DNA of 64,000 nucleotides from Candidatus Spongiisociaceae bacterium (GCA_965219685.1 CBDCOH010000002.1:3936001-4000000), one strand, 5' to 3'; numbered from the stretch's first letter, positions 1 to 10,407 are shown. Notes: generated by a model not told the origin, from the sequence alone. Translations and numbers: made by a program.

Positions 1-227
1 CCGGGGAGGGTCCGTTTCGCGATGTGGTGATGGACTACACCGTCCCCCAGGACCTGTTCGGACTGCCCGTGTGCGCGGTTCCCAACGGGCTGGACGACGA
101 CGGGCTCCCGCTGGGAATCCAGTTGACCGGCCCGGCCCTGTCCGAGAACACGGTGCTGGATGCAGCGGCAGGAGTCGCAGAACTCCTCGGAAGCCCCGGG
201 TTCCCACCTGTAGCATACGGGCGCTAG
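1..227 (+). CDS. Amidase-signature family protein, C-terminal part (5' end outside window)
   Basis: YTVPQDLFGLPVCAVP...GLPLGIQLTG...E.TVL is the typical amidase C-terminus. Confidence 0.85.
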   Translation, partial: GEGPFRDVVMDYTVPQDLFGLPVCAVPNGLDDDGLPLGIQLTGPALSENTVLDAAAGVAELLGSPGFPPVAYGR

Positions 228-248
228 CGATCACGATCGGGGAATCTC

Positions 249-1079
249 TTGCCGGTTGTTGCACTGAACACGGGCGTTGACCTCTACTACGAGTGGCACG
301 GCGCCGCCGATGGCCCGCCGGTCGTGTTCGTGCGCGGTACGGGCGCCGACGGATCCCGATGGCTTCCCCAGGTGGAGGAGTACCAGCATCGCTACCGGTG
401 CCTGATCTTCGACAATCGCGGGTCGGGAAGGAGTTCCGCTCCCCCAGGTCCCTACTCGGTCCCGATGATGGTGGACGACACGATCGCCCTCCTGGACCAC
501 CTCGAAATCGCCACCTGCCACCTGTCCGGCATGTCTCTCGGCGGCGCGATCGCGCTCAGGCTGGCCATCGACTTCCCCGAGCGGGTGACGACCCTGCAAC
601 TCCACGGCGCCTGGGCGAAGACCCACGGCTACGCCAAGATGTACCTGTCGCTGCTCGGGCGGTTTCTGGAGGAGGGTGGTCTGGACTTCTACTACGAGGC
701 CGCGCTGCTCTACCTGTTCCCGCCCGACTTCCTCACCGAGCATTACGACCTCGCGCAGGAGATCCTGGCGCGGATGAAGGCCAACTCGTCACCAATCGAC
801 GGGCTTGCCGGACAGATCGCAGCCAACCTGACGCATGACGAGGCCGACCGCCTGTCCCTCGTCAGGGCGCCCACGCTCGTAACGGTGGGGGAACTCGACA
901 TGTGCCTGCCGCCGTTCTTCAGCCGTGAACTCGCCGACGGGATCCCCGACGCGGAGCTCGTGGTTTTCCCCGGCGGGTCGCACCTGTTCGGGATGCAGGA
1001 TCCGGCCACCTTCAACCGGGTGACGCTTGACTGGCTGGCAAGGCAGCAGGGAACAGCCGCTGCGGGTACCGGTGGGTGA
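249..1079 (+). CDS. Alpha/beta hydrolase (enol-lactonase/RutD/NicD-like)
   Basis: DNRGSGRS, GMSLGG nucleophile elbow, GELD acid, GSH catalytic His. Confidence 0.9.
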   Translation: MPVVALNTGVDLYYEWHGAADGPPVVFVRGTGADGSRWLPQVEEYQHRYRCLIFDNRGSGRSSAPPGPYSVPMMVDDTIALLDHLEIATCHLSGMSLGGAIALRLAIDFPERVTTLQLHGAWAKTHGYAKMYLSLLGRFLEEGGLDFYYEAALLYLFPPDFLTEHYDLAQEILARMKANSSPIDGLAGQIAANLTHDEADRLSLVRAPTLVTVGELDMCLPPFFSRELADGIPDAELVVFPGGSHLFGMQDPATFNRVTLDWLARQQGTAAAGTGG

Positions 1080-1677
1080 GGGGTTTCCTGCCGGGGAGTC
1101 CGGTTTGGAAGGGCGCCGCACAAGGATCCTGGCCATACCCGGCAGTCTCAGGAGGGCCTCTTACAACCGGAAGTTGCTCGAGGCCGCGAAGCGGCTGGCG
1201 CCGGCTGCTGTCGAAGTCGACATCTACGACGACGGGATGCGGATTCCGCTGTTCAACGAGGACTCCGAGGGAGACCTGACGCCACAGCCGGTGCTGGAGT
1301 TGCGCATCAGGATCCGCTCGGCCGACGCCGTGCTCATCGCGTCTCCCGAGTACAACGGCAGCATCACGGGTGTGCTGAAGAACCTGATCGATTGGGCGTC
1401 GCGCCCGTACGGCCGGTCTGCCTTCGAGGGCAAACCCGTGTCGGTGGTGGGTGCGAGCCCATCCCGGTTCGGCGCTCAGAGGTCCCAGGAAACCGCGATC
1501 GCGGTCCTCGGGAGTGCCGGGGCGAGGGTCGTCGGAGGTCCGCATCCGGTCAAGCAAGTCTTCTCCCTGGTCGACCCGGACGGGTGTATAAGCGATGAAG
1601 CAACCCTCAAGATGCTTCAGGGCGTGTTGGACGGGTTGGCCGCAGATGCCATGGCTTCCCCGGAAGGAGGTTCCTGA
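1072..1677 (+). CDS. NADPH-dependent FMN reductase
   Basis: GSLRRASYN and PEYNGSITGVLKNLIDW motifs; GTG start overlaps upstream stop. Confidence 0.9.
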   Translation: MGEGFPAGESGLEGRRTRILAIPGSLRRASYNRKLLEAAKRLAPAAVEVDIYDDGMRIPLFNEDSEGDLTPQPVLELRIRIRSADAVLIASPEYNGSITGVLKNLIDWASRPYGRSAFEGKPVSVVGASPSRFGAQRSQETAIAVLGSAGARVVGGPHPVKQVFSLVDPDGCISDEATLKMLQGVLDGLAADAMASPEGGS

Positions 1678-1772
1678 GCGGCCCGGTGCCGGCGGGTCCG
1701 GAAACACGATCGACTCGGCCATCGCCACTTCCGGCAGCGCCTTGCAGGTGGCTGCCGGTCGCGGGTGGTTTC

Positions 1773-2909
1773 TCAGCGGAGGAGGGCGATGCCCAGGAAC
1801 GGCACCGCGATGAACACTCCCACCACATAGGCAACGGCCAGCAGGCGCCGCTCGACCGCCACCCTGGCAAGGGTCTCAGCCCCCCGGATCGGGATCTCCC
1901 GGAGGACTGCGATCGGGTAGAGCAGCAGGATCCCGGCGATGTTGAACAACGTGTGGACCAGAGCGATCGTGAGCGCTTCGGGGCGGCTGGTCGCCAGAGC
2001 CGCCAGCAATGCCGTGATCGTGGTCCCGACATTGGCACCGAGGGTCACCGGGTAGATGTTGCGTAGCGAGAGAACCCCTGCGGCGGCCAGCGGGATCAGC
2101 ATCGACGTGGTGATGCTCGATGACTGCACCGAGATCGTGACCGCCACCCCTACCAGCAGGGCGACCATGCCGCTGCCTTTGCCGAGAGCCGTGTTCAGGG
2201 ACTGCTCGACGCGGGCCGCCACGAGTCGGCGCATGTTCTTGGTCACCAGCGCGAGTGCGAGCAACACGGCCGCGATCCCACAGACGACCATCAGCGTGCC
2301 GAGCACGTTGCCGTCCGCCCCGACGTTGCCCCACAGATCCTTGAGCCAGCCGACTGGTTCCTTGACCAGGGCCTTCACAGGGCTTTTCCACTCGGTTCCG
2401 GCCGAACCGACCAGGGGCTCGCTGACGCGTTCGGCGAGATTCGAGATGAAGCCGGTGAGCAGCTCCAGCGGCAGCAGGATCGCGACGACCACCACGTTGA
2501 AGAAGTCGTGGACTGTCGCCGCCTCGAAGGCCCGCCTGAACTCGAACGACCGCCTCACATGGCCGAGCGATACCAGCGTGTTGGTTACCGTCGTGCCGAT
2601 ATTGGCGCCCATCACCATCGGAACGGCGTGCTCGAAACCCAGCACACCCGAGGCCACGAGACCGACGATGACCGAAGTGCTGGCGGACGATGACTGCACC
2701 AGCACCGTTCCCAGAATCCCCACGAAGATCCCGGCTAGCGGGTTCCTGACGCTGGAGAAGAGGTTCTCCTGGATATCAGCCCCCAGCAGGCCGATGCCGG
2801 ACTCGAGAGACGACACGCCCACGAGGAACACATAGATAAGACCGATCACGAGACCCGCCCTAACCGGCGGCGGTATCAAGCGATCCTCCGCGCGAGCCGG
2901 GATCGTCAT
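1773..2909 (-). CDS. Na+/phosphate cotransporter (NptA family)
   Basis: Two QSSS repeats and GANIGTT/GANVGTT motifs; multi-TM. Confidence 0.92.
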   Translation of the reverse strand: MTIPARAEDRLIPPPVRAGLVIGLIYVFLVGVSSLESGIGLLGADIQENLFSSVRNPLAGIFVGILGTVLVQSSSASTSVIVGLVASGVLGFEHAVPMVMGANIGTTVTNTLVSLGHVRRSFEFRRAFEAATVHDFFNVVVVAILLPLELLTGFISNLAERVSEPLVGSAGTEWKSPVKALVKEPVGWLKDLWGNVGADGNVLGTLMVVCGIAAVLLALALVTKNMRRLVAARVEQSLNTALGKGSGMVALLVGVAVTISVQSSSITTSMLIPLAAAGVLSLRNIYPVTLGANVGTTITALLAALATSRPEALTIALVHTLFNIAGILLLYPIAVLREIPIRGAETLARVAVERRLLAVAYVVGVFIAVPFLGIALLR

Positions 2910-2979
2910 GTAGTTGAGATCGTCATGTGGTTGAGAGCGTCCTAGGCGGCAGGAAGATTGTACTCGGCTGTCCGGCCGG

Positions 2980-3133
2980 GTGGTGAGTGGGGAGTGGTGA
3001 GTGGTGAATGGTGAGTGGTGAATGGTGAGTGGTGAATGGTGAATGGTGAATGGTGAATGGTGAATGGTGAATGGTGAATGGTGAATGGTGAATGGTGAGT
3101 GGTGAATGGTGAATGGTGAATGGTGAATGGTGA
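2980..3133 (+). repeat. Heptamer tandem array (TGGTGAA/TGGTGAG)n, about 20 units
   Basis: Read directly from the sequence. Confidence 0.97.
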
Positions 3134-3199
3134 ACTAAGAATCTCTTACAATAACATGTATGAGTGATACATGCTATACACTTAATCAGCCACTAGCCC

Positions 3200-3278
3200 A
3201 CCGGCAACCGGCAACCGGCAACCGGCATCCGGCAACCGGCAACCGGCATCCGGCAACCGGCAACCGGCATCCGGCAAC
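3200..3278 (+). repeat. Heptamer tandem array (CCGGCAA/CCGGCAT)n, about 11 units
   Basis: Read directly; abuts the TAG stop of the amidohydrolase gene. Confidence 0.97.
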
Positions 3279-4513
3279 TAGACGGTTCTCCCCTGGGTGT
3301 CCTTGTGGATGCGGCCGCCTTTGATCACGCCCACGATCCGGGCGGGGTCGGCCAGGACCCCTATCTCGTCCAGGGGCCGGCCCTCCACCAGGATCAGGTC
3401 GGCCTCTTTACCCACTTCGACGGTGCCGATCCGGTCGGCCATGTAGAAGAGTTCGGCGTTACCCGTGGTGGCGGTGGCGATCGCTTCGGCCGGGCTCATG
3501 AACTTGGCCTTGTTGGGCAATTCCCGGCCGCGCCTGTCCTGCAGGGGGCCGACGATATCGGAGCCCGAACCGACCTTGACCCCGGTCTCTCCCATGATCT
3601 CGATGCTCCGGCCCACTTCGGTCTCGACCGCTTGGAGCTTGCTGAGCTGTGACGGGGTGAGGCCGGCATGCTCCGGATCCGCGAGAAGGTCGTACTTCAC
3701 CGCCAGGGTGACCACTGCGAAGGCATCGGACTCCACGATCTGGCGGGCGGCGTCCTCGTCGAGGATGCTGGCGTGCTCTATGGAACGGATCCCCGCCGAC
3801 AGGGCCCGGCGGATGGCGTCGGAGGTGTGGCAGTGGGCGAGCACGTAGGTGTGCCAGTCGGCCGCCGCCTCCACCGCGGCCCGTAGTTCCGCGTAGCTGA
3901 ACTGGAGGCTGTCGAACGGATCCGTGGGGGAGAGGACCCCGCCGGAACTGAACACCTTTATCTGGGTGGCGCCTTTCCTCAACTGCTCACGGGCCGCACG
4001 CCTCACCTCGTCGGCCCCGTCGACTATCTCCGGGGTGGCCGACAGCCCGGGGATGCTCCCCCGCGGATGCTCGATGTGATGGGCGGGTCGCAGGTCTCCG
4101 TGCCCGCCGGTCTGGGACAGGACGGAGCCCGACGGGAGGATGCGGGGCCCGTCGATGACGCCCTGTTCCACCAGGCGCGCCCAGTGGGGGTCGAGTCCGC
4201 CCGCGTCCCGCACGGTGGTGAAGCCCTCCTGGAGGGTGTTCTCGATGATGCGCCGGACCGTGAACACGTAGTCGATCCAGGGCAGGTCACCGATGCCGCC
4301 TGCCGGAGAGACCAGGCCCATGTGGACATGGGCGTCGGTGAGTCCGGGCATCAGCGTCAGGCCCGTGGCGTCGATGACCCGATCCGGGGAACTCCCCGCC
4401 CCGGGGCCGATACCGCTGATCAGCGACCCGGATACAGCCACATCCGTGCTCGCCTGCGGGGCGGCCCCGGTGCAGTCCAGCAGTTCGGCGCCGCGGATTA
4501 CGAGGCTGGTCAT
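3278..4513 (-). CDS. Metal-dependent amidohydrolase (Xaa-Pro dipeptidase-like)
   Basis: MPGLTDAHVH, GFTTVRDAGG, GGHGD, SIEH, GSD; ATG at 4513 overlaps the upstream stop (ATGA). Confidence 0.92.
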   Translation of the reverse strand: MTSLVIRGAELLDCTGAAPQASTDVAVSGSLISGIGPGAGSSPDRVIDATGLTLMPGLTDAHVHMGLVSPAGGIGDLPWIDYVFTVRRIIENTLQEGFTTVRDAGGLDPHWARLVEQGVIDGPRILPSGSVLSQTGGHGDLRPAHHIEHPRGSIPGLSATPEIVDGADEVRRAAREQLRKGATQIKVFSSGGVLSPTDPFDSLQFSYAELRAAVEAAADWHTYVLAHCHTSDAIRRALSAGIRSIEHASILDEDAARQIVESDAFAVVTLAVKYDLLADPEHAGLTPSQLSKLQAVETEVGRSIEIMGETGVKVGSGSDIVGPLQDRRGRELPNKAKFMSPAEAIATATTGNAELFYMADRIGTVEVGKEADLILVEGRPLDEIGVLADPARIVGVIKGGRIHKDTQGRTV

Positions 4514-5562
4514 TGGTCGCTTCCTTCCTGGTAGTCGAGTCGCAACTCGGGTATGACGAAGTTCCCCCTGTCGATGACCTGGAGGTCGTCCACCCATATC
4601 GAGTGGTTGCGGGTCCCGATGTCGAAGTGGAACGGAGCCCGGTTCTCGCCGCCGAGGGTCCTCATGAAGTTGGCGCCGAAAGCGATGAGCATGTTGCCGT
4701 AGTAGCTCTCGACGTCCATCACTCCGCCACCCTCCCAGTAGCGAAGACCGAGGGCGTTCCAATTGGCCCGGTGCTCGTATCCCCACCCGATGTGGGATAC
4801 GCCGTAGCAGCGCTCGTCCCGGGGCGCCTCGAAGTGATCCCGGGCGAGCCGGGCGTCGGTCCCCCCGTCGATGGAGACGATGCTCCCCTCCCGGAGTTCC
4901 ATCCTGATCGGCGACATCACGTACCGGCCGAGATTGATGAGGCAGTCGCCCTCGTCCAGTACCAGGGTGCCCTCCGCCGAATGCTCCAACGGCGCCACCA
5001 CCACCTGTCCCGACGGCCAGTGGTCCCAGCGTCCCGGCGTGTCCGTATACCCGTACTGGGTCATGACCGGCCGTCCCGCGTAGCTCACGGCCAGATCGGT
5101 ACCGGCCTCGGATTCGAGGTGCAGGGTGGTGCCGGCCTGCAGCAGCGCTTCGCTGACCTCCGCCCGGCGCCGGATCTCGGGGATCGGGAACATGCGGCGG
5201 AGCATGTCCTCGGGTTCCAGGAGCATGAGCGTGCGCGCCCCGGCGTCGAGGGCCGCGTTGTGAGCGTCGCTGTAGATCCACTCCGTGGTGGGCGTTGCCA
5301 CGACCAGATCGGATCCCTTCCAGGCGTCGATGATGGCCTGTGACTTCATCCAGCTCTCGTCGGCCGCCACCACGATCTGGAAGTACTCGGCGCCCAGCAC
5401 GCGCGCCGCGGCGGCCAGCGCGATGCTGTACACCTGGTTGCTCATGGTGTCGGTGAACCCGAGCACAGTCTCGCCGGGCCGCACGTCGCACAGTTCCAAG
5501 TGGTCCCTGAAGAGCGGGACCAGCTCCGCTCCGGCCGCGGATGTGGTTGGGACTCGACGCAT
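4510..5562 (-). CDS. nicX: NicX-like 2,5-dihydroxypyridine 5,6-dioxygenase (M29-fold), copy 1
   Basis: YGYTDTPGRWDHWPSG, SAEGTLVLD.GD, YGVSHIGWG, HFD match NicX motifs including His/His/Asp iron ligands; substrate unproven. Confidence 0.75.
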   Translation of the reverse strand: MRRVPTTSAAGAELVPLFRDHLELCDVRPGETVLGFTDTMSNQVYSIALAAAARVLGAEYFQIVVAADESWMKSQAIIDAWKGSDLVVATPTTEWIYSDAHNAALDAGARTLMLLEPEDMLRRMFPIPEIRRRAEVSEALLQAGTTLHLESEAGTDLAVSYAGRPVMTQYGYTDTPGRWDHWPSGQVVVAPLEHSAEGTLVLDEGDCLINLGRYVMSPIRMELREGSIVSIDGGTDARLARDHFEAPRDERCYGVSHIGWGYEHRANWNALGLRYWEGGGVMDVESYYGNMLIAFGANFMRTLGGENRAPFHFDIGTRNHSIWVDDLQVIDRGNFVIPELRLDYQEGSDQ

Positions 5563-5654
5563 CGGTCGACTGCCTTCTCGGGCTGCTGCGGGCGTATACT
5601 ATGTCCGATGTTGAGGGCCGCTGTCCTTCGCTCCGTAACCTCCCTGCCCGCGGG

Positions 5655-6698
5655 ATGAGCCTGCGGTTCGGCCTCATCGGTACGGGGGGAGGGGGCCACC
5701 TCTTCGCCGGCGCGCTGGCCGGCCGTCCCGGCAGGGCGCGCCTGGTTTCGGTCTGCTCCCGCAACCGGGAGAAGGCGACTGCCTTCGCCGCCATATACGG
5801 AGTTACCGAGGTGTTCACCGACTGGCGCGAGTTGATCCGGTCGGACGTCGACGCAGTGTGCGTGGCGTCGCCCACCGGCGACCACGCCCGGATGACCATC
5901 GGGGCCGCCGCCCGAGGACTCCACGTGCTGACCGAGAAGCCCATAGCCGCGTCCGTGGCCGAGACCGACCGGATGATCGAGGCCTGCGAGCGGGCGGGGG
6001 TGACCCTGGGCTGCATCTACATGTACCGCTTCATGGACATCGCTCTGCGGATGAAGGAGGCGGTGACCGGGGGACTTATCGGCCAACCCCTGATCGCCGA
6101 GTGAACCGGGCTGTTCTACCGCGACCAGCCCTACTACGACTCCGGCGCCTGGCGGGGCAGATGGGAGACGGAGGGAGGCGGCTCGCTGGTCACCCAGACC
6201 AGCCACACCCCTGGACCTGATGGTATGGATGCTCGGCGACGTGGACTCGGTGGCCGGCTTCTACAGCACGTCACCTCTCCACCGGATCGAGGTGGAGGAC
6301 TCCACCCTGGGAGTGCTGCGGTTCGCCAACGGATCCCTCGCCACGGTGGTCAGCACCACCGCGGCCGTCAATCCCGCGCCCCGCAGGCTCACGATCCGCG
6401 GAACCCTCGGGACGGTGGGTCTGGTGGACGAGGAACTGGTCAGTGGGACGTGCCCGGGGGCCCGTCGCCCGAGATCGAGGAGCTGATGAATTCGGGACCG
6501 GTCGACCGGGGGAATACCCTGACCATGGCCGGCTACGCCGATCCCACCTTCCACTACCTCCAGATGGAGGACTTCGTGGCCGCGGTGGAGGAGGGACGCC
6601 CCCCGCTGGTGGACGGATGGGAAGGCCGGAGGACCACCACCGTGATGGAGGCCCTCTACGAATCCTCCCGCCGGGGCGAGGTGGTCAAGCCCGGCTGA
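5655..6698 (+). pseudogene. Gfo/Idh/MocA oxidoreductase, disrupted
   Basis: GLIGTG, HVLTEKP, WRG..E.EGGG..HT.DL motifs; in-frame TGA at 6102-6104, +1 shift near 6210, -1 shift near 6440. Confidence 0.85.
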
Positions 6699-6714
6699 CA
6701 CAAGCCCGAGCGAG

Positions 6715-6850
6715 GCTCAAGAATTGGTGTCGGCGGCGCTGGCGAACGCCGAGGACGCCTACGCCGCGGTGGTGGAGACATACGAGGATCAAGGGCATAC
6801 CCTGCCATCGGGCATCTACCTGGACAACGCGGATGGCCCAGTCCTGCAAG
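6715..6850 (+). pseudogene. HicB-like antitoxin fragment
   Basis: AALANAEDAYAAVVETYEDQGHTLP resembles the HicB EALANA.EA...G..LP segment; no 5' end. Confidence 0.5.
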
Positions 6851-6855
6851 TGTTC

Positions 6856-7119
6856 TTACGCGACAGCAAGCGCTTTGACCGGCTTGAGCGCCTCGGACAT
6901 GAGGGCTAGGTCGTCGCTTTCGATCCCGTCGACGGAAACCCCGTGGCTGACTGCTAGGAACTCGTAGGCGAAGACACGACCTGCTTGGTCGAGGTGGGCA
7001 ATCCGTGTCTCGTCGAGGCGCTGTCCTCCGGCCTCCCCTCCGGAAGGCGGGCGGATAGCCACGAAGATGGCGTCCGCTTCGGAGTCGTAGCGAACCTGCA
7101 TCCGGACGGTTCCTTTCAT
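6856..7119 (-). CDS. DUF2283-family protein (putative antitoxin)
   Basis: VRYDSEADAIFV...LDQAGRVFAYEFL. Confidence 0.8.
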   Translation of the reverse strand: MKGTVRMQVRYDSEADAIFVAIRPPSGGEAGGQRLDETRIAHLDQAGRVFAYEFLAVSHGVSVDGIESDDLALMSEALKPVKALAVA

Positions 7120-7361
7120 AGAGCAACCCAGTAGACCGTGATCACGATAGCCGGTTCACGGCTGGCGGAGAGCACCACATGAAGGACACGGTCGCCTACC
7201 ACTGCGCGGTATTCGTGCGCGGTGTGACCAACGATACGGAGTTCGGGAGCGGCCAGCACTGCGTCAACCATCTTCTGGGCAATGCCCTGCTCGGCCATCC
7301 GCCTGCGGGCATGGTGACTGTAGGAAAGCTGAATCCGCAGGTTCTTACGATACCTTACCAA
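7116..7361 (-). CDS. DUF4258-family protein (RelE-like putative toxin)
   Basis: YSHHARRRMAEQGI...IVITVY; ATGA overlap with the DUF2283 gene. Confidence 0.8.
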   Translation of the reverse strand: MVRYRKNLRIQLSYSHHARRRMAEQGIAQKMVDAVLAAPELRIVGHTAHEYRAVVGDRVLHVVLSASREPAIVITVYWVAL

Positions 7362-7443
7362 TAACTACAACTCGTATTCAGAAGCAAGCATCAAGGCGAG
7401 ACGGACTATCCGTACCCGTGTCTTCGGCGGCCGAACACTGGGC

Positions 7444-8472
7444 TCAGGGTGCGCTGCCTCCGGCTGCGGGGATGAAGAACCCCTCTCCCAGGGGGTCGTG
7501 CTTGTCGAGCACCAACTGGTTGAAGCCGGTTATGTAGGCCGAGCCGGTGATGGTGGGGATGATCGCCCTCCGCCCCGATACTTCTGTCTCGGCTTCGACC
7601 GTGCCGGTGAACATGGTGTTGAGCACGCTCTCGTGCACGAACGTGTCCCCTACTCCCAGTTCGCCCCTCGCGTGATGCCAGGCCATGCGGGCGCAACTCC
7701 CGGTCCCGCACGGAGAGCGGTCGAAGCCCAGGCCGGTGGAGGTGGCGAGGTTCTGGCCGTCGGCGCCCGGGCTGCTAGGTGGCCCGACGTACAGCAATTG
7801 GTCCACCCGGTCCGGGGCTCCGTGGGGGAGGTCGGTCCGATCCCGGAGTGCGCCGTTCACCGCCAGCCGGATGCGATGGCTGAGAGCAACGAGGCTCGGC
7901 ACGGTCTCCACCGCGATCGGCAGACCGGCCTGCTCGATCCGGACCAGGGCGAACCAGAGGCCGCCGAAGGCGATGTCCACCTCGATCGGGCGACCGTCGA
8001 CCTCCACCTCGAGCCCGGTCATCCCCACCCAGGAGGGCACTCCCTCGAAGGTGACCGACTTGACCTTGGTTCCCTCGATCCGCGCCTCGGCCACCACCAG
8101 GCCGCTCAGGGTTTCCACCGCCACTCTGGTCACGGGTTCCACCGGCTGGATCCTGAACATCTCCACCAGGCTGGTGATGGTCCCGATCAGGGCGTGGCCG
8201 CACATGGTCAGCGAGCCGAGCGCGGAGAGGACCAGCATGGAGAGGTCCGCATCCGGATGGATCGGCGGCAGGGGCAGGACGGCGTGCCACGGGGCATGCC
8301 CGCGCGGCTCCCCGACCAGCATCCTCGCCAGATCCGAATGGTTGGCCACGAGATCCGCTTCCATCTCCTCCAGGGTCTCGCCCTCCAGTTCCGGGAACCC
8401 GTCGGTCACCACCCGGGTGGGTTCTCCCGCGGTGTGGGAGTCGATCACGTGAAAACGTCGGATGAAGGCCAT
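7444..8472 (-). CDS. Proline racemase / hydroxyproline 2-epimerase family
   Basis: DSHTAGEPTR, MCGH and DRSPCGTG (Cys/Cys dyad). Confidence 0.93.
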   Translation of the reverse strand: MAFIRRFHVIDSHTAGEPTRVVTDGFPELEGETLEEMEADLVANHSDLARMLVGEPRGHAPWHAVLPLPPIHPDADLSMLVLSALGSLTMCGHALIGTITSLVEMFRIQPVEPVTRVAVETLSGLVVAEARIEGTKVKSVTFEGVPSWVGMTGLEVEVDGRPIEVDIAFGGLWFALVRIEQAGLPIAVETVPSLVALSHRIRLAVNGALRDRTDLPHGAPDRVDQLLYVGPPSSPGADGQNLATSTGLGFDRSPCGTGSCARMAWHHARGELGVGDTFVHESVLNTMFTGTVEAETEVSGRRAIIPTITGSAYITGFNQLVLDKHDPLGEGFFIPAAGGSAP

Positions 8473-8559
8473 CGGTGGGGGCTCCCGGTCCGGGCAGGTG
8501 CTGAAACGCGCTAGATTCTAGGCTGTTTTACACCCACCCCCGCAGAGGTAAAAGGAACA

Positions 8560-10116
8560 ATGGGAAAGATCACCTATGCCACCATGTCGGCCGACGACCC
8601 GGCTCTCCACCGGGCCTACGACGAGGGACTGGCCGCCGCCACCTCCCGGATCGGGCAGACACATCCGCTGCTGATCAACGGAGAGAAGCGGTACACAGGC
8701 GAGACTTTCACCGAGCGGTCCCCGATCGACTCGGACCTGGTGGTGGGGATCTACTCGCAGGCTTCCGATGACGACGTCGACGAGGCCGTCGCCGTCGCCG
8801 GTGCCTTCCAGCCCGAGTGGGAGGCGACTCCATGGCGGGAGAGACTGGCCATCATCCGGCGGGCGGCGGAGATCGTGGATGAGGAGACCCCCACCCTCGC
8901 CGGGTTCCTCACTCTGGAGGTCGGGAAGAACCGGCTCGAGGCGCTGGGAGACGTCTCCGAGGCGGTGGCTTTCATCGACTACTACTGCGACCGTCTCGAG
9001 GAGTCCGACGGGATGTCGACCGCCATGGGACAGTACGGGGTGGGGGACACCAACCATTCGGTGCTGCGACCCTGGGGGGTGTGGGCGGTCATCTCGCCCT
9101 TTAACTTCCCCCTCGCCCTGGTCGCCAGCCCCACGTCGGCGGCTCTGCTGACCGGCAACACCGTGGTGCTGAAGCCGTCCAACACCGGCGCCCTCGGCTC
9201 GCTGCTGCTGGCTGACATCTACTCCCGGGCCGGGCTGCCCTCAGGCGCCCTGCAAGTGGTGACCGGGGGTGATGGAGCGGGTGACCGTCTCGCCCATCAT
9301 GACGACGTGGACGGGGTCACCTTCACCGGCTCCTACGACGTCGGGATGTACCTCTACCGGACGGTGGCCACCGGTCGGCCCAAGCCGGTGGTCTGCGAGA
9401 TGGGCGGCAAGAACCCCGCAGTGGTGGCGGCCTCAGCCGATCTGGACCTGGCCGCCGAAGGGGTGATGCGGGCCGCCTTCGGGCTCTCCGGGCAGAAGTG
9501 CTCGGCCAACTCCCGGGTGTATGTGGAGCGGCCCGCCTTCCGGGAGTTCCTGGACCTGCTCACCGAGAAGACCGACGAGATCCTCCTGGGCGACCCTCGC
9601 GATCGCGAGACCTTCCTGGGACCGGTGATCGACGGGGAGGCGGTGGACCGTTTCCGCTCGGCGGTGGAAGCCGTGAGAGAAGCCGGGGGCGAGGTGCTCT
9701 CCGGGGGCGAGGTGGTCACGGACGGTGACCTGGCCAGGGGCAACTTCGTGCAGCCCACGGTGGTGACCGCACCCGAGGACACCTGGATCTGGGAGAAGGA
9801 ACTGTTCGTACCGTTCGTGGCGGTGAGCGCGGTGGACTCCCTCGAGGAGGGGATCGACAAGGCCAACGACACGATCTTCGGGCTCACGGCCGGGGTCTTC
9901 GCAGGCACCGACGAGGAGGTCGATCTGTTCTTCCAGCGGATCCAGGCCGGGGTCGTGTACGCCAACCGCAGAGCCGGGTCAACCACCGGTGCGTGGCCGG
10001 ACATCCAGCCCTTCGGAGGTTGGAAGGGTTCGGGCACCTCGGGTGCCGGCAGCGGCGGTCCCTGGTACATGCGCTCCTACGTACGCGAGCAGGCCCGCAC
10101 CCTGATAAGAGAGTGA
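8560..10116 (+). CDS. Aldehyde dehydrogenase, P5C (glutamate semialdehyde) dehydrogenase-like
   Basis: ISPFNFP, FTGS, EMGGKN, GQKCSA, TGAWPDIQPFGGWKGSG. Confidence 0.88.
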   Translation: MGKITYATMSADDPALHRAYDEGLAAATSRIGQTHPLLINGEKRYTGETFTERSPIDSDLVVGIYSQASDDDVDEAVAVAGAFQPEWEATPWRERLAIIRRAAEIVDEETPTLAGFLTLEVGKNRLEALGDVSEAVAFIDYYCDRLEESDGMSTAMGQYGVGDTNHSVLRPWGVWAVISPFNFPLALVASPTSAALLTGNTVVLKPSNTGALGSLLLADIYSRAGLPSGALQVVTGGDGAGDRLAHHDDVDGVTFTGSYDVGMYLYRTVATGRPKPVVCEMGGKNPAVVAASADLDLAAEGVMRAAFGLSGQKCSANSRVYVERPAFREFLDLLTEKTDEILLGDPRDRETFLGPVIDGEAVDRFRSAVEAVREAGGEVLSGGEVVTDGDLARGNFVQPTVVTAPEDTWIWEKELFVPFVAVSAVDSLEEGIDKANDTIFGLTAGVFAGTDEEVDLFFQRIQAGVVYANRRAGSTTGAWPDIQPFGGWKGSGTSGAGSGGPWYMRSYVREQARTLIRE

Positions 10117-10293
10117 ATGGTGAATGGTGAATGGTGAATGGTGAATGGTGAATGGTGAATGGTGAATGGTGAATGGTGAATGGTGAATGGTGAATGGTGA
10201 ATGGTGAATGGTGAATGGTGAATGGTGAATGGTGAATGGTGAATGGTGAATGGTGAATGGTGAATGGTGAATGGTGAATGGTGAATGGTGAAT
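10113..10293 (+). repeat. Perfect heptamer array (GTGAATG)n, about 26 units
   Basis: First unit supplies the ALDH TGA stop. Confidence 0.98.
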
Positions 10294-10339
10294 AAGAATA
10301 GCTAATACTAGCCTACCTGGTCACCAGATGGTATTCCTT

Positions 10340-10407
10340 AACCGGCCACCGGCCACTAACTAGCCACAAGCCACAAACCATTCACCATTCACGACTCACC
10401 ATTCACT
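10340..10407 (+). repeat. Degenerate C/A-rich heptamer array (CCGGCCA, CCACAAG, CCATTCA), inverted partner of 10113-10293
   Basis: CCATTCA is the reverse complement of TGAATGG; lies between convergent genes, possible hairpin terminator. Confidence 0.85.

Noticed and set aside
3278-6016. 912-aa ORF as a single protein
   Set aside because: Only the last 411 aa (from ATG 4513) are amidohydrolase; the rest is an off-frame shadow of the NicX-like gene and antisense to the Gfo/Idh/MocA gene
6102-6104. In-frame TGA as selenocysteine or genetic-code reassignment
   Set aside because: The same gene has two frameshifts, and many intact genes end in TGA with coupled downstream starts
10113-10293. Heptamer arrays as CRISPR
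   Set aside because: No spacers, 7-bp period, no cas genes; no CRISPR array seen anywhere in the window
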